Assembly: GCA_040386535.1 (NCBI GenBank) | Contig: JAZKFH010000032.1 | Location: 160,001-224,000, forward strand | Source of the DNA: Myxococcota bacterium | GTDB lineage: Bacteria > Myxococcota_A > UBA796 > SXON01 | Direction of reading: 5' to 3' | Length of the DNA stretch: 64,000 bases | Shown: piece after piece, positions 47,891 through 57,472 of the stretch | Position numbering within the stretch: the stretch's first letter is position 1 | How the letters are laid out: every line of letters begins with the position of its first letter | Translations under genes and position numbers: made by a program | Notes under the pieces: model-generated | Databases searched by the model: none | Told to the model about the DNA's origin: nothing | What the model saw: only the letters and a program-made list of their open reading frames with translations

Positions 47891-49177
47891 ATGGACAAGC
47901 CGCAGCCCTTCGTCGTCCCCGCTGGCGTGAACTTCCAGATCACCGACGCGGGCGTCGTCATCGAGAACGAGGGCGACATCGTCCTCCACACCAACTTCGG
48001 CCGCTCGCTCCTCCGCATCGTGAGCACGGCCGGCTCCATCTCCATCCACGCGCCGGTCACCGGCGGCCTGATCCACGCCGCGGGCGACGTTTCCGTGCAC
48101 GGGGACACCCAGGCGAACGAAGTCAAGGCCGGCGGCTCGGTCAACGTGGCCGGGAGCACCCAGGTCGAGGCGCTCTCGGCGGGCGGCGACATCGTCATCA
48201 ACGGCAGCGCGCAGGGCGCCAGCCTCCTCGCCGGGGGCGACATCGGTGTCACCGGCGGGGCCACCGTCGGCAGCGTTCGCGCGGGCGGCCGGGTCGAGAT
48301 CGGGGGCGCCGTCAAGGCGGACACCCTGCACGCCGACGTGCTGCGCTTCGCGGGTGGCACCCTCACCGCGCGCGGCATCCAGGGCCGCTCCGCGGTGCAC
48401 ATCGGCGCCGCCAAGCTCCAGGTCGACGCGATCCTCGCCCCCGAGGTGCACCTCGACCCGCAGACCTCCGGCCGCTCGACCGTGATCGAGAGCCAGAACG
48501 ATCTCGGCCCCAACGCCATCAAGGGCGGGTTCCGCCTCGCGGACTACGCCGAGATGTTCGGTGATCCCGCGCCCTTCCTCGCGGAGCGCGGGTTGTCCCC
48601 GCTCGGCACCGCGCCGCCCGCCGCCCCGGTCCACGTGGAGTCGCCCGTCCGGTCCCCGGGCTCGGCGAGCGTCCCCGCCACCCCCGTGGCGTCCCCCGTC
48701 GCCCCCTCGGCGGCCGCCCCGATCCCGCTCGAAGCCGCCGCGACCGTCGTCGACCTCGAGCCCACCGCCTCCTCGGTGGAGGAGATCCCCATCGAGATCG
48801 AGGCCGCCGACACGATCGACGACACGGTCGAGACCCACGAGGCCGAGGAGGACCCCGCCACCTCGCAGGGCGCCCCCTCGCCGATCGAGCTCCAGGTCGA
48901 GGCCGCCGCCCCGGGCATCCCCCCCGAGCACCCGCTCCACAAGCAGCTCATCGAGGCCGTCACGCGCATCAGCGAGAGCTACGCGGACGCCGAGCTGCCC
49001 CCCGCGGTCAACCACCTCATGTCCCTCATCGAGACCCGCTCCTACGACCAGGTGCGCGCCGAGATCACGGCCATCTGGTCGGATCTGCTCAAGTACCACC
49101 AGAAGAAGGGCCTGCGCATCCAGCACCAGGTCACCACGACCTTCAACACGATCAACTCGCTCGTGAAGAAGATGTGA
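47891..49177 (+). CDS. Beta-helix (bactofilin/FapA-like) repeat protein with Pro/Glu linker and helical C-domain
   Basis: AGGSVNVAGS, AGGDIVINGS, AGGDIGVTGG, AGGRVEIGGA at about 16-17 aa period; no signal peptide. Alternative start 47843. Confidence 0.65.
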   Translation: MDKPQPFVVPAGVNFQITDAGVVIENEGDIVLHTNFGRSLLRIVSTAGSISIHAPVTGGLIHAAGDVSVHGDTQANEVKAGGSVNVAGSTQVEALSAGGDIVINGSAQGASLLAGGDIGVTGGATVGSVRAGGRVEIGGAVKADTLHADVLRFAGGTLTARGIQGRSAVHIGAAKLQVDAILAPEVHLDPQTSGRSTVIESQNDLGPNAIKGGFRLADYAEMFGDPAPFLAERGLSPLGTAPPAAPVHVESPVRSPGSASVPATPVASPVAPSAAAPIPLEAAATVVDLEPTASSVEEIPIEIEAADTIDDTVETHEAEEDPATSQGAPSPIELQVEAAAPGIPPEHPLHKQLIEAVTRISESYADAELPPAVNHLMSLIETRSYDQVRAEITAIWSDLLKYHQKKGLRIQHQVTTTFNTINSLVKKM

Positions 49178-50547
49178 TCGGGGTGCGGTCCGCCTCTCCG
49201 GCGTTCCGCGCCACCGTTCGCCTCGCGTGCCTCCTGGGCCTGCTCGCGCTCTCCCCGCCGGGAACGCGGGCCGAGCCCGCCCCCGTTCCGGCCGCGCCGC
49301 TCGCCCCCGCCACGATCGCGGCGCTCGCGCGGCTCGACGATCCCGACCCCCGCGCGCGCATCCTCGCCGCCCGCACCCTCGCCCACGACGCCGCCGCGCT
49401 CGACCCGCTCGCCGCTCGCCTCGGCAAGGAGTCCGACCCCGCGCTCCGCCGCGCGCTGATGGACGCCCTCGGGCGGCTGCCCCTCTCGGAGGAGGCGCTG
49501 ATCCACGCGGTGAAGAAGAGCCCCGAGCCCGCCGCGCGCGCCTTCGCCGCCCACTCGCTCGGCCGCGCCGGCACCGACGCCGCCGTGGCCGCGCTCCTCG
49601 TCGCCACGGCCGACCCCGACACCCTCGTGCGCAAGGAGGCGTACACGGCCCTCGGCCGCACCGGCGACCGTGTCGCGCTCGACACCCTGCTCAAGGCCGC
49701 CGTGCGGGATCCCGCCGCCGGATGCCGCGAGGCCGCCGTGGCCGCCGCCGAGCTGCTCGCCGCCGCCCCCACGGTGCCCCCCGACGTGACGATCGACCTC
49801 GCTCGCCTCCGCGGTGGCTCCCCCGACGAGCGCACCACCGCCGCGCGGCGCCTCGGGGAGTCGGGCGATCGTCGTGCGCTGGAGCCCCTCGTCGAGGCCG
49901 CGCGCGCCACCGAGCCCGCCCTCGCCCAGGCCGCCCTCGCCGCCCTCGGCCGCCTCGGTGATGCCCGCGCAGTCTCCCCGCTCGTCGCCCAACTCGGCAC
50001 CACCACGGGCCGCACCCGCTACGCCGTCCTCGGCGCGCTCGCCGCCCTGCGCGACGAGTCCTCGGTCGACCCCGTGGCGGTCCTCCTGTCGGATCCGGAC
50101 CCGTCCGCGCGACAGCTCGCCGTCCGGGCGCTCGGCTGGATCGCCCCGGACGATCTCTTCACACGCTTGTCACCAGCGCTGATCGACCCCCTCGAGGAGG
50201 TGCGGGCGGAGGTGCTCGCCGTCGTCTCGCAGAGCCGCGCGCCGACCCGCGTGGCAGCGCTCCTCAAAGCCCTCGGCGACCCCTCCCCCTTCCTGCGTGC
50301 CGAAGCCGTGCGGCTCTGCGCGGAAGCGGGGATCACGGACCGCATCCCGTCGCTGCTCGCCGATCCCGATCCGCTCGTACGCCTCGCCGCCGCCGACGCC
50401 CTCGACCTGCTGCGTCCGCCGGGGGCCGCGGTGGCCGTTCGTGCCGCGGCGACACGGGCGCGGGCCCCCGATGAGCGCGCCCACCTGGACGCGATCGCCA
50501 CGCGGCTCGAATCATCCGAGTTGCCGACGGGGGCAGGTGGCCGGTAA
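49174..50547 (+). CDS. HEAT/PBS-lyase repeat protein with predicted signal peptide
   Basis: Repeated DPDP.VR..A..ALG motifs; N-terminal LACLLGLLAL...TRA-EP; 4-bp overlap with the upstream gene. Confidence 0.8.
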   Translation: MIGVRSASPAFRATVRLACLLGLLALSPPGTRAEPAPVPAAPLAPATIAALARLDDPDPRARILAARTLAHDAAALDPLAARLGKESDPALRRALMDALGRLPLSEEALIHAVKKSPEPAARAFAAHSLGRAGTDAAVAALLVATADPDTLVRKEAYTALGRTGDRVALDTLLKAAVRDPAAGCREAAVAAAELLAAAPTVPPDVTIDLARLRGGSPDERTTAARRLGESGDRRALEPLVEAARATEPALAQAALAALGRLGDARAVSPLVAQLGTTTGRTRYAVLGALAALRDESSVDPVAVLLSDPDPSARQLAVRALGWIAPDDLFTRLSPALIDPLEEVRAEVLAVVSQSRAPTRVAALLKALGDPSPFLRAEAVRLCAEAGITDRIPSLLADPDPLVRLAAADALDLLRPPGAAVAVRAAATRARAPDERAHLDAIATRLESSELPTGAGGR

Positions 50548-50548
50548 G

Positions 50549-51913
50549 ATGTCGGCCCGCCCCAGGTCGCCCATGCCCTTGTTGGCTCTGTCGCTGCTCG
50601 CCGGCTGCAACAGTTACGAGATGTTCCGCGTCACCGGCTTCGAACAAGCCAGCTTCAGCAACGACGCGGACATCCTGTTCGTCATCGACAACTCGGACTC
50701 GATGCAGCCGTACGCCGAGGCGCTCGCCTCGAACTTCGACCGCTTCATCGGGAAGCTCACGAACACCGAGACCGGGTCGGCGGTCCCCACCGAGACCCTC
50801 GGTGACGCCGTCTCCAACTACCTCCGGGAGACCACCGGGGACTCGTTGTTCATCGACTACCAGCTCGCGATCACGACGAGCTCGGTCTACTACGATGACG
50901 GCCCCACCCTGGAGATCGACCCCGGCGAGGCCGGCACGCTCGCGTTCGACGCCGCGTCCGCCGTCCCCGGGATCATCGGCCGCGACGTGGCGGACGCGGG
51001 GGCCGCCTTCCAGGCGAACCTGCTCTGCGAGTCCACGTGTTGGGACCAGAACATGCCGTCCGACCCCACCTACGTGTGCGGGGATGCCCTCGAGGGCGCG
51101 GTCTCCGAGGAATACCTCGACTGCACGTGCGGCGTCGGCGGGTGGCAGGGCAACTGCGGCACCGGCCAGGAGCAGCCCATCGAGGCCGCCTACATGGCCC
51201 TCTGCCGCGCGGTCGAGAACCCGCCTGAGGACTGCTACAACTTCGTCGACACCGCCGCCCAGGCCTTCGTCCCGGGTGACGAGCTCTCGAACGAGGGCCT
51301 GCTGCGCGAGGGCGCCAACACCCTGGTGGTCATCGTCACGGACGAGGGCGACAGCTCGCTCCGCACCGAGTCCGGCGCCGCGGCCGTCCCCGGCGACGTC
51401 GACACCGTGGTCGACGGCTACATCAAGCTGTTCGAGCAGTTCCCGAACCTCGTGCGCTTCGCCGTCATCGGCCCCGCGTGGGACGGCTCGGACGGCTCCT
51501 GCCTCCTCGGCGCGCAGGAGTGGGGTGTGGACCGCTACTACGGCATGGTCGAAGAGACCGACGGCCTCTACATCCCGCTGACCAACCTCGAAGACGGGTG
51601 CAGCGAGACCGACTTCGGCACCAGCCTCGACCAGCTCGGCAGCCTCCTGTCGAACCTGCTCACGCTCTTCCCGCTCCAGTCGATCCCCGACGTGGCCTCG
51701 ATCGAGGTGTACGTCAACGACGAGATCGTCGAGCGCTCCGAAGAGGTCGCGGGCTCGACCGAGGCCGGCCGCACCGAGTACGAGACCGGCTGGAGCTACG
51801 ACGCCTCCGAGAACGCCGTGGCGTTCCACGGCGAGGCCGTGCCCGAGTACAACGAGGACGTTCGCATCTACTACCGCACCCTCGGCGGCACGCCCCGCGA
51901 GCTCCCCTTCTAG
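50549..51913 (+). CDS. Cys-rich VWA-domain lipoprotein (CglB/CglD-like adhesin)
   Basis: Lipobox LAGC, MIDAS DILFVIDNSDS, distal VVIVTDEGD, many Cys. Alternative start 50573. Confidence 0.75.
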   Translation: MSARPRSPMPLLALSLLAGCNSYEMFRVTGFEQASFSNDADILFVIDNSDSMQPYAEALASNFDRFIGKLTNTETGSAVPTETLGDAVSNYLRETTGDSLFIDYQLAITTSSVYYDDGPTLEIDPGEAGTLAFDAASAVPGIIGRDVADAGAAFQANLLCESTCWDQNMPSDPTYVCGDALEGAVSEEYLDCTCGVGGWQGNCGTGQEQPIEAAYMALCRAVENPPEDCYNFVDTAAQAFVPGDELSNEGLLREGANTLVVIVTDEGDSSLRTESGAAAVPGDVDTVVDGYIKLFEQFPNLVRFAVIGPAWDGSDGSCLLGAQEWGVDRYYGMVEETDGLYIPLTNLEDGCSETDFGTSLDQLGSLLSNLLTLFPLQSIPDVASIEVYVNDEIVERSEEVAGSTEAGRTEYETGWSYDASENAVAFHGEAVPEYNEDVRIYYRTLGGTPRELPF

Positions 51914-51978
51914 GCCCGCGTGCCGTTCAGAAGCGGCGCTTTCCCCCTCCAGGCTCTGGCCCCTTCCCCGGATCATCG

Positions 51979-52653
51979 ATGCTGACGCTGCTGCTGGCCG
52001 CCCTCGCCTCCGCGAACCTCGCCCTGGCCGAGGAGACCCCCGCCACGGGCCCGGTCGACGTGGGTGTGCTCAAGAACTCCGACATCCGCGTCGTCCAGAA
52101 GGTGCTCTACACCAAGGAAGACCGCCTGGAGCTCGGCGTGTCCCTCGGCGTGATGCCGTTCGACGGCTTCACGGTCGCCCCCGCGGTGCTCGCCTCGGGC
52201 ACGATGCACCTCTCCGAGCAGGTCGGCGTCGAGCTGCAGGTGGGCGGCGGGTACGGCCTGAAGAACGGCAACTACGTGGAGCTCGAGAAGGCGACCGTCG
52301 CGTTCGAGGCGTACCGCTACCTCGCGAGCGTCGAGGCCGACCTCCAGTGGACCCCCATCTACGCCAAGATGAACCTGGGGAACGGCACGATCCTCCACCA
52401 CGACGTGTACTTGCTCGCCGGCGTCGGCGCCACGCTCGAGCAGTCGGTGTTCCCGTCCGCCGAGATCACGGTGGCGCCCACGCTGCCCGTCGGCATCGGC
52501 ACCCGCATCTTCCTCAACCCGAACACCGCCCTGAAGTTCGAGCTCCGCGACAACCTGATGGCCGAGTACCGCGCCCAGTCGCAGACCTGGGCCTTCAAGC
52601 AGAACGTCGCCGTGTCCGCCGGCCTCTCCTTCTTCGGGAAGGCGAAGAACTGA
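51979..52653 (+). CDS. Outer membrane beta-barrel protein (GltA/GltB-like)
   Basis: Signal peptide, IRVVQKVLYTKEDRLEL, WTPIYAKM, ELRDNL, C-terminal GLSFF strand; directly upstream of the gltC-like gene. Confidence 0.8.
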   Translation: MLTLLLAALASANLALAEETPATGPVDVGVLKNSDIRVVQKVLYTKEDRLELGVSLGVMPFDGFTVAPAVLASGTMHLSEQVGVELQVGGGYGLKNGNYVELEKATVAFEAYRYLASVEADLQWTPIYAKMNLGNGTILHHDVYLLAGVGATLEQSVFPSAEITVAPTLPVGIGTRIFLNPNTALKFELRDNLMAEYRAQSQTWAFKQNVAVSAGLSFFGKAKN

Positions 52654-54242
52654 TGCGCCGCGTCCTCTTGCTCGCGCTGCTCGTCTCGGGTCCCCTCGCG
52701 GGCCCCGCGATGGCGAAGCCGAAGGCTGACCCGGCGCCTACCGCCGCGGCGGCCGCTCCGGCGGCGCCCGTCGCCAAGCCCATCGATCCGGCCAAGCTCG
52801 CGAAGGCCCGCGCCGAGGCCTTCACCGAGTACGACACCCAGCTCGCCTCCGGGCAGAAGGCCCGCGCGGCGGACGCGCTGGTCGCTCTCGTCGAGAACCC
52901 GGCCCAGGCCGCGTTCCACGCCGAGGCCTACGGCAAGCTCGGGGACCTGTTCCTCGGGCTCGACCTCCCCTACGCCGCCGTCACCGCGTGGACCCGCGCG
53001 TTCAGCGCCGCGGACGATACGAACGTCGCCGAGATCGGCCTGTTCGTGCCCAAGGCGATCGCGACCGCCAAGAAGGTCGGCGACAGCGCGATCCTGGAGG
53101 AGCCGTTCTCCAAGAACCTGGGGCTCGCCCGCACGGAGGACGTGCGTGGGGAGATGGCGTTCCTCGCCGCGCGCGAAGCGTTCCACGACGACAGCTTCGG
53201 CCTCGGCCTCGGCATGTTGAAGATGGTCAAGGAAGGCGACCCGATCTACCCCGACGCCAAGGCGCTCGAGGGCGTGATCATGAACCAGCAGGGGCGCCCG
53301 GAAGACGCGTTGAAGCCCTTCGAGGCCGCGCAGAACGCGGGCCGCGACAAGGACATCCGCTTCAAGGACTCCGTCACGCTCAACATGGCGCGCAGCTACT
53401 ACGCCGCGGGCAACTACCCGCGCGCGATCCAGGGCTACGCGGGCGTGTCACGCGGCAGCGAGTTCTGGCCCCAGGCCCAGTTCGAACGCGCGTGGTCCCA
53501 CTTCCGCATCGACGATCTGAACGGCACGCTCGGCGTGTTGTACTCGCTCGACACGCCGTTCTTCACGACCTGGTACTTCCCCGAAGCGGATCTGCTGCGC
53601 ATCTACGCGATGTTCCTGATGTGCAAGTTCCCCGAGGCGAACACCGAGATCGAGGCGTTCCGGACCTTCTACAAGCCCATCCACCAGTCGCTCCAGGGCT
53701 GGAACGGCAAGTCCGACAAGGACACGTTCGAGCTCGCGCGCCGCTACGCGGAGAGCGGCAAGTACGATCCGCTGCCCGAGGCGATCCTGCGGCCCTTCGC
53801 CACCGAGGACCGCCTGCTCTCGAGCATCGCGGCGGTGAAGAGCGCGGATGACGAGCTGGAGCGCCTCAAGGCGGTCTCGGCCAACCCCTTCAGCGAGACT
53901 GCCCGCCGCTGGGTGACCGAGCGCCGGGACGTGATGGTGGACGCCGAAGGCGCCCGCATCGGCGCCCGCATCGCCGAGCAGGAGGCCCAGGTGGGCCAGA
54001 TGCTGGACGACACCGAGATCTTCATCCTCGACATCCTGCGCATGAAGGGGCTGCTGTACCAGCAGGCCGCCGCCATCGGGAAGATGCCGGACGCCGCTCG
54101 CGTCGTGAAGCGCGAGGAGCGCGTCCGGAAGGGCTGGCGCGAGTGGCCGTACGAAGGCGAGATCTGGGCGGACGAGCTCGGGTACTACCGGGTCGACGCC
54201 GCTCCCGAGTGCCCGGCGGGCCTCGCGCGGGGCCAGAAGTAG
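52653..54242 (+). CDS. gltC: Gliding motility TPR protein GltC-like
   Basis: Signal peptide, TPRs, AQFERAW, PFF..WYFPEA, and C-terminal WPYEGEIWADELGYY...C signature. Confidence 0.78.
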   Translation: MRRVLLLALLVSGPLAGPAMAKPKADPAPTAAAAAPAAPVAKPIDPAKLAKARAEAFTEYDTQLASGQKARAADALVALVENPAQAAFHAEAYGKLGDLFLGLDLPYAAVTAWTRAFSAADDTNVAEIGLFVPKAIATAKKVGDSAILEEPFSKNLGLARTEDVRGEMAFLAAREAFHDDSFGLGLGMLKMVKEGDPIYPDAKALEGVIMNQQGRPEDALKPFEAAQNAGRDKDIRFKDSVTLNMARSYYAAGNYPRAIQGYAGVSRGSEFWPQAQFERAWSHFRIDDLNGTLGVLYSLDTPFFTTWYFPEADLLRIYAMFLMCKFPEANTEIEAFRTFYKPIHQSLQGWNGKSDKDTFELARRYAESGKYDPLPEAILRPFATEDRLLSSIAAVKSADDELERLKAVSANPFSETARRWVTERRDVMVDAEGARIGARIAEQEAQVGQMLDDTEIFILDILRMKGLLYQQAAAIGKMPDAARVVKREERVRKGWREWPYEGEIWADELGYYRVDAAPECPAGLARGQK

Positions 54243-54328
54243 CGCGCAGTGGTCTCCGGAACGTGACGACATCGTCCCCGGCGGCCGGACCGCGCCGGGG
54301 ATAGCCGGCCGTCCTCCCGTGGCCCCCG

Positions 54329-54913
54329 ATGCTCGGTTCGTTCGATCAGGTGTTCGTGCCCGTGTTCGTGGCCATGAGCCCGCTCACGGTGCTGCCGGTG
54401 TTCCTCTCGATGACCGAGGGCTACACCATTCCCCAGGCGCAGTCGCTCGCGCGGCGCGCCATCGTCACGGCGTTCACCGTCGCGATGGCCATCACGCTCG
54501 TCGGGCAGTGGGTCTTCCAGCTGCTCGGCATCACGGTGAACGACCTGCGCGTGGCGGGCGGCCTGATCCTGCTCTCCATCGCGATGTACGACCTCATCCT
54601 GTCCAAGGAGCGTCGCAAGGCGGACGACACGGACGACGTGGGGGTGGTCCCACTCGGCACGCCGCTCATCGTAGGCCCGGGCACGATGACCGCGTGCCTC
54701 GTCCTCGCCGACACCCACGGGCGCGGCCTCGTCATCGTGGCGCTGGTGCTGAACCTCGCGCTCACTGCGATCCTCCTCTACAACGCCCAGCGGCTCCAGG
54801 GCCTGCTGCGCCCCGCGGTGACCCGCGCCTTCGGCAAGGTGATGGCGCTCTTCCTCGCGGCCATCGCGGTGAGCATGATGCGGGTGGGGATCACCGCGTT
54901 CTTCCGCGGCTGA
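54329..54913 (+). CDS. marC: MarC family integral membrane protein
   Basis: MSPLTVLPVF, LRVAGGLIL, VVPLGTPLIVGPG; about six TMs. Confidence 0.9.
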   Translation: MLGSFDQVFVPVFVAMSPLTVLPVFLSMTEGYTIPQAQSLARRAIVTAFTVAMAITLVGQWVFQLLGITVNDLRVAGGLILLSIAMYDLILSKERRKADDTDDVGVVPLGTPLIVGPGTMTACLVLADTHGRGLVIVALVLNLALTAILLYNAQRLQGLLRPAVTRAFGKVMALFLAAIAVSMMRVGITAFFRG

Positions 54914-54950
54914 CCTCGTTCGACGCCCTCCGGGGAGGTTAGGACCGCGC

Positions 54951-55040
54951 ATGGTGATTGCCCTCTCCGTCGGCGTCGGATCCCTGGTGATCGTCGTCGC
55001 CCTCGCGCTCCACGTCGTGCGGCTGTCTCCGGATGGTTGA
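54951..55040 (+). CDS. Putative 29-aa single-TM small protein
   Basis: MVIALSVGVGSLVIVVALALHVVRLSPDG*, preceded by GGAGGTTAGGA; below the ORF-track cutoff. Confidence 0.4.
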   Translation: MVIALSVGVGSLVIVVALALHVVRLSPDG

Positions 55041-55395
55041 ACGCGCCCGGCTCGAGTTCGCCTCCCCGTTCGACGAGCGGCTCTTCCTCGAGGGCCCCCC
55101 GGCGATGTTCACGCTCGACCCCATGGGGCGCCTCCGGGTCGACCCCGAGCGCACGCGTGAGGGCTACCTGCTCATCGGCTCGCCCCAGGGGCGCGACCCC
55201 GGGCACTACGTGCTGTTCGACCGGGCGACCGGGCTGCGCATGTACATGCTGGTGAGCCACTCCATCCTGGCCACGTGCCAGCCCCGGGCAGATGTGCGGC
55301 GGCACGCCGACTACGCGTCAGCGATCGCCGAGGCCATGGAGCAGTGGTCCATGCCCGCTCCCCAGGCTCTCGACGGAGGCGACGAGGAGTCCTGA
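55033..55395 (+). CDS. Hypothetical protein
   Basis: 120 aa, high GC3 codon use, globular composition; no family recognised. Confidence 0.6.
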   Translation: MVERARLEFASPFDERLFLEGPPAMFTLDPMGRLRVDPERTREGYLLIGSPQGRDPGHYVLFDRATGLRMYMLVSHSILATCQPRADVRRHADYASAIAEAMEQWSMPAPQALDGGDEES

Positions 55396-56088
55396 CACGT
55401 AGGCGATGCCCTGGTCGCACGCGTCGGCCAGCGGCAGGCCGCGCGCGAGCCCCGCGGCGATCGCCGAGGACAACGTGCAGCCCGTGCCGTGCGTGTTCCG
55501 CGAGGTGACGCGGGGGTGGTGCCAGGCGCGCTCGCCCCCCGGCCCCTCGACGCCCGGCCCCACGAGGCGGTCGATCACCACGTCACCCTCGGAGTGCCCG
55601 CCCTTGTAGAGCACCGTGGCGCCGCCCAGGTCCCCGAGGGCCTCGGCCTCCGGCACGTTGGGCGTGACCAGCGTAGCCAGCGGGACCAGGCGCTCGCGCA
55701 GCGCCGCGACGGCGTCGGCGTGGAGCAGCGACGCCCCGCCCTTGGCGATCATCACCGGGTCGAGCACGATGGGCGGACACGACGGGAGGGCGGCCAGAAA
55801 ATCGGCCACGACCCCGATGGTGACGGCGTCGCCGAGCATGCCGATCTTCACCGCGTCGACCGGCAGGTCGGCGAACACCGCCGCGAGCTGGGCGCGGATG
55901 CCCTCCGCCGGCACCGGCCACACCCCGGTGACCCCGCGCGTGTTCTGCGCGGTAATCGCGGTGACCACGCTCATGCCGTACACGCGGTGGTCGAGGAAGG
56001 TCTTGAGGTCGGCCTGGATGCCCGCACCCCCGCCGGAATCGGAGCCGGCGATGGTCAGGGCGGTGCGGGGGCGGGTGGGAGGACGCAT
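55318..56088 (-). CDS. thiD: Hydroxymethylpyrimidine/phosphomethylpyrimidine kinase
   Basis: [50 protein letters not shown]. Confidence 0.96.
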   Translation of the reverse strand: MRPPTRPRTALTIAGSDSGGGAGIQADLKTFLDHRVYGMSVVTAITAQNTRGVTGVWPVPAEGIRAQLAAVFADLPVDAVKIGMLGDAVTIGVVADFLAALPSCPPIVLDPVMIAKGGASLLHADAVAALRERLVPLATLVTPNVPEAEALGDLGGATVLYKGGHSEGDVVIDRLVGPGVEGPGGERAWHHPRVTSRNTHGTGCTLSSAIAAGLARGLPLADACDQGIAYVSGLLVASVESLGSGHGPLLHGLGDR

Positions 56089-56111
56089 CCCGACGGGATA
56101 ACCCCGCGGCC

Positions 56112-56603
56112 ATGGCTCCCAGCGACAAGGCGGTCGGCGCCGACCCCCGCCAGCTCCCCGGATGTGGGCTCGCCGTGTTCGCGATGCTCCTGGTCTGCAT
56201 CTTCACGGTCGGGATCACCGGCGTGTTGTTCTCGACCTTCAGCATCCTGCAGTCGGGCAACGAGCTCACCCCGCGGCGCCTGTCCTACGGCGGCGTGGTC
56301 GATCCCGTGATGCTCGTCCCCCTCCAGGAGGCCGGCCTCATCGCCGTCGGCGAGATCCCCGACGCCTACCACGCCGAGAACGTGCCCGGCACGGAGGCGT
56401 GCGCCATCAGCGGCGGCAAGGTGATGCGCATCGGGGTCGATGGCAAGAAGGTGATGCCCCTCGCGAGCATCACCTCGGTCACCGGGTCGGACGCCGAGGT
56501 GGTGATACACGGCGCGGAAGTATCAGGTGACACATCCCTCGTGTGTCACTTCGGCCCGGACGAAGGCGGTGAGCGCTTCAAGCGGATGTTGGAGAACCGG
56601 TAG
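56112..56603 (+). CDS. Hypothetical single-pass membrane protein
   Basis: One TM helix near the N-terminus, coding-like codon use; divergent from thiD with a 23-bp gap. Confidence 0.6.
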   Translation: MAPSDKAVGADPRQLPGCGLAVFAMLLVCIFTVGITGVLFSTFSILQSGNELTPRRLSYGGVVDPVMLVPLQEAGLIAVGEIPDAYHAENVPGTEACAISGGKVMRIGVDGKKVMPLASITSVTGSDAEVVIHGAEVSGDTSLVCHFGPDEGGERFKRMLENR

Positions 56604-56608
56604 GCCCT

Positions 56609-57472
56609 CTACCCCTCCCGCACCCAGCCCACGATGCGCGCCGCGGCCGCATCCGGCTCCTCCACCTCGGTGTCGACATGCAGCTCCGCCTGCGCGTAGA
56701 GCGGCGTGCGCGCCCCGAGGATGCTCTTGAGCTCGGCCAGCGCGTCGTCGCGGCCGCGCATCGGGCGGAAGTCCCCCTGTGCCTCGACGCGCCCCAGGTG
56801 GGACTCCGGGGACGCCTGGAGCCACACGGTGCGCGCGCCGCGCCGGAGCACCTCCCAGCTGTCGGGGGCGGTGACCACGGAGCCCCCGGTGGCGAGCACC
56901 ATGCCGCCCCGCGCCGCGAGGAGCGAGTCGAGCGCCTGGCGCTCCAGCTCGCGGTAGCGGCCCGGCCCGTGGTACTCGAAGATCGCGCCCAGGCGCACGC
57001 CGGCGGCGGCCTCGATGACCGCGTCGACCTCGCGAAAGGGCAGCCCGAGGAGCGCGGCCACCTTCGCGCCGACCGTGGTCTTGCCCGCACCGCGCAGCCC
57101 CACCAGCGCGATGACCGCGGGGGCGTGCACCTCGCGAAGCGCCCGGCGCCGCGCCTCGCCTTGCAGGGAGGCGAGCTTGTCGGTGTCGTCGTGAACCGGG
57201 CCGCCGCCCGCCACCAGGGTGGCCAGCGACACCCCCAGGGCTTGCGCGACCTCGGCCAGCCGGAGGATGCTCATGTTGGCGTCGCTCCGTTCGAGGGACG
57301 CCACGTAGCGTAGGCTCACCCCGGAGACGCGGGCGAGCTCCTCCTGGGTCCACCCCTTCTCGGCCCGACGCGCGCGCACGCGGGCCGCGAGGAGACCAAG
57401 GAGGGGCGCTGGCGCCTCCGGCGACTCGCCGAACGACCCTTCATGCAGTATCTTGCCAGTGCGCTCACTCAC
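56609..57472 (-). CDS. boxR: BoxR/BzdR-family regulator (Xre HTH plus shikimate-kinase-like domain)
   Basis: HTH (WTQEELARVSGVSLRYVASLE) fused to IALVGLRGAGKTTVG...VLATGGSVV...RVEAQGDFRPM; divergent from boxC. Start taken at GTG 57472. Confidence 0.88.
   Translation of the reverse strand: MSERTGKILHEGSFGESPEAPAPLLGLLAARVRARRAEKGWTQEELARVSGVSLRYVASLERSDANMSILRLAEVAQALGVSLATLVAGGGPVHDDTDKLASLQGEARRRALREVHAPAVIALVGLRGAGKTTVGAKVAALLGLPFREVDAVIEAAAGVRLGAIFEYHGPGRYRELERQALDSLLAARGGMVLATGGSVVTAPDSWEVLRRGARTVWLQASPESHLGRVEAQGDFRPMRGRDDALAELKSILGARTPLYAQAELHVDTEVEEPDAAAARIVGWVREG

Noticed and set aside
45158..49126. 1322-aa minus-strand ORF (likewise 29515..32862 and 10732..13296)
   Set aside because: Mirror frames of well-supported genes on the other strand.
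56609..57472. Second shikimate kinase
   Set aside because: The kinase-like domain is fused to an Xre HTH and sits divergent from boxC, which is the BzdR/BoxR architecture.
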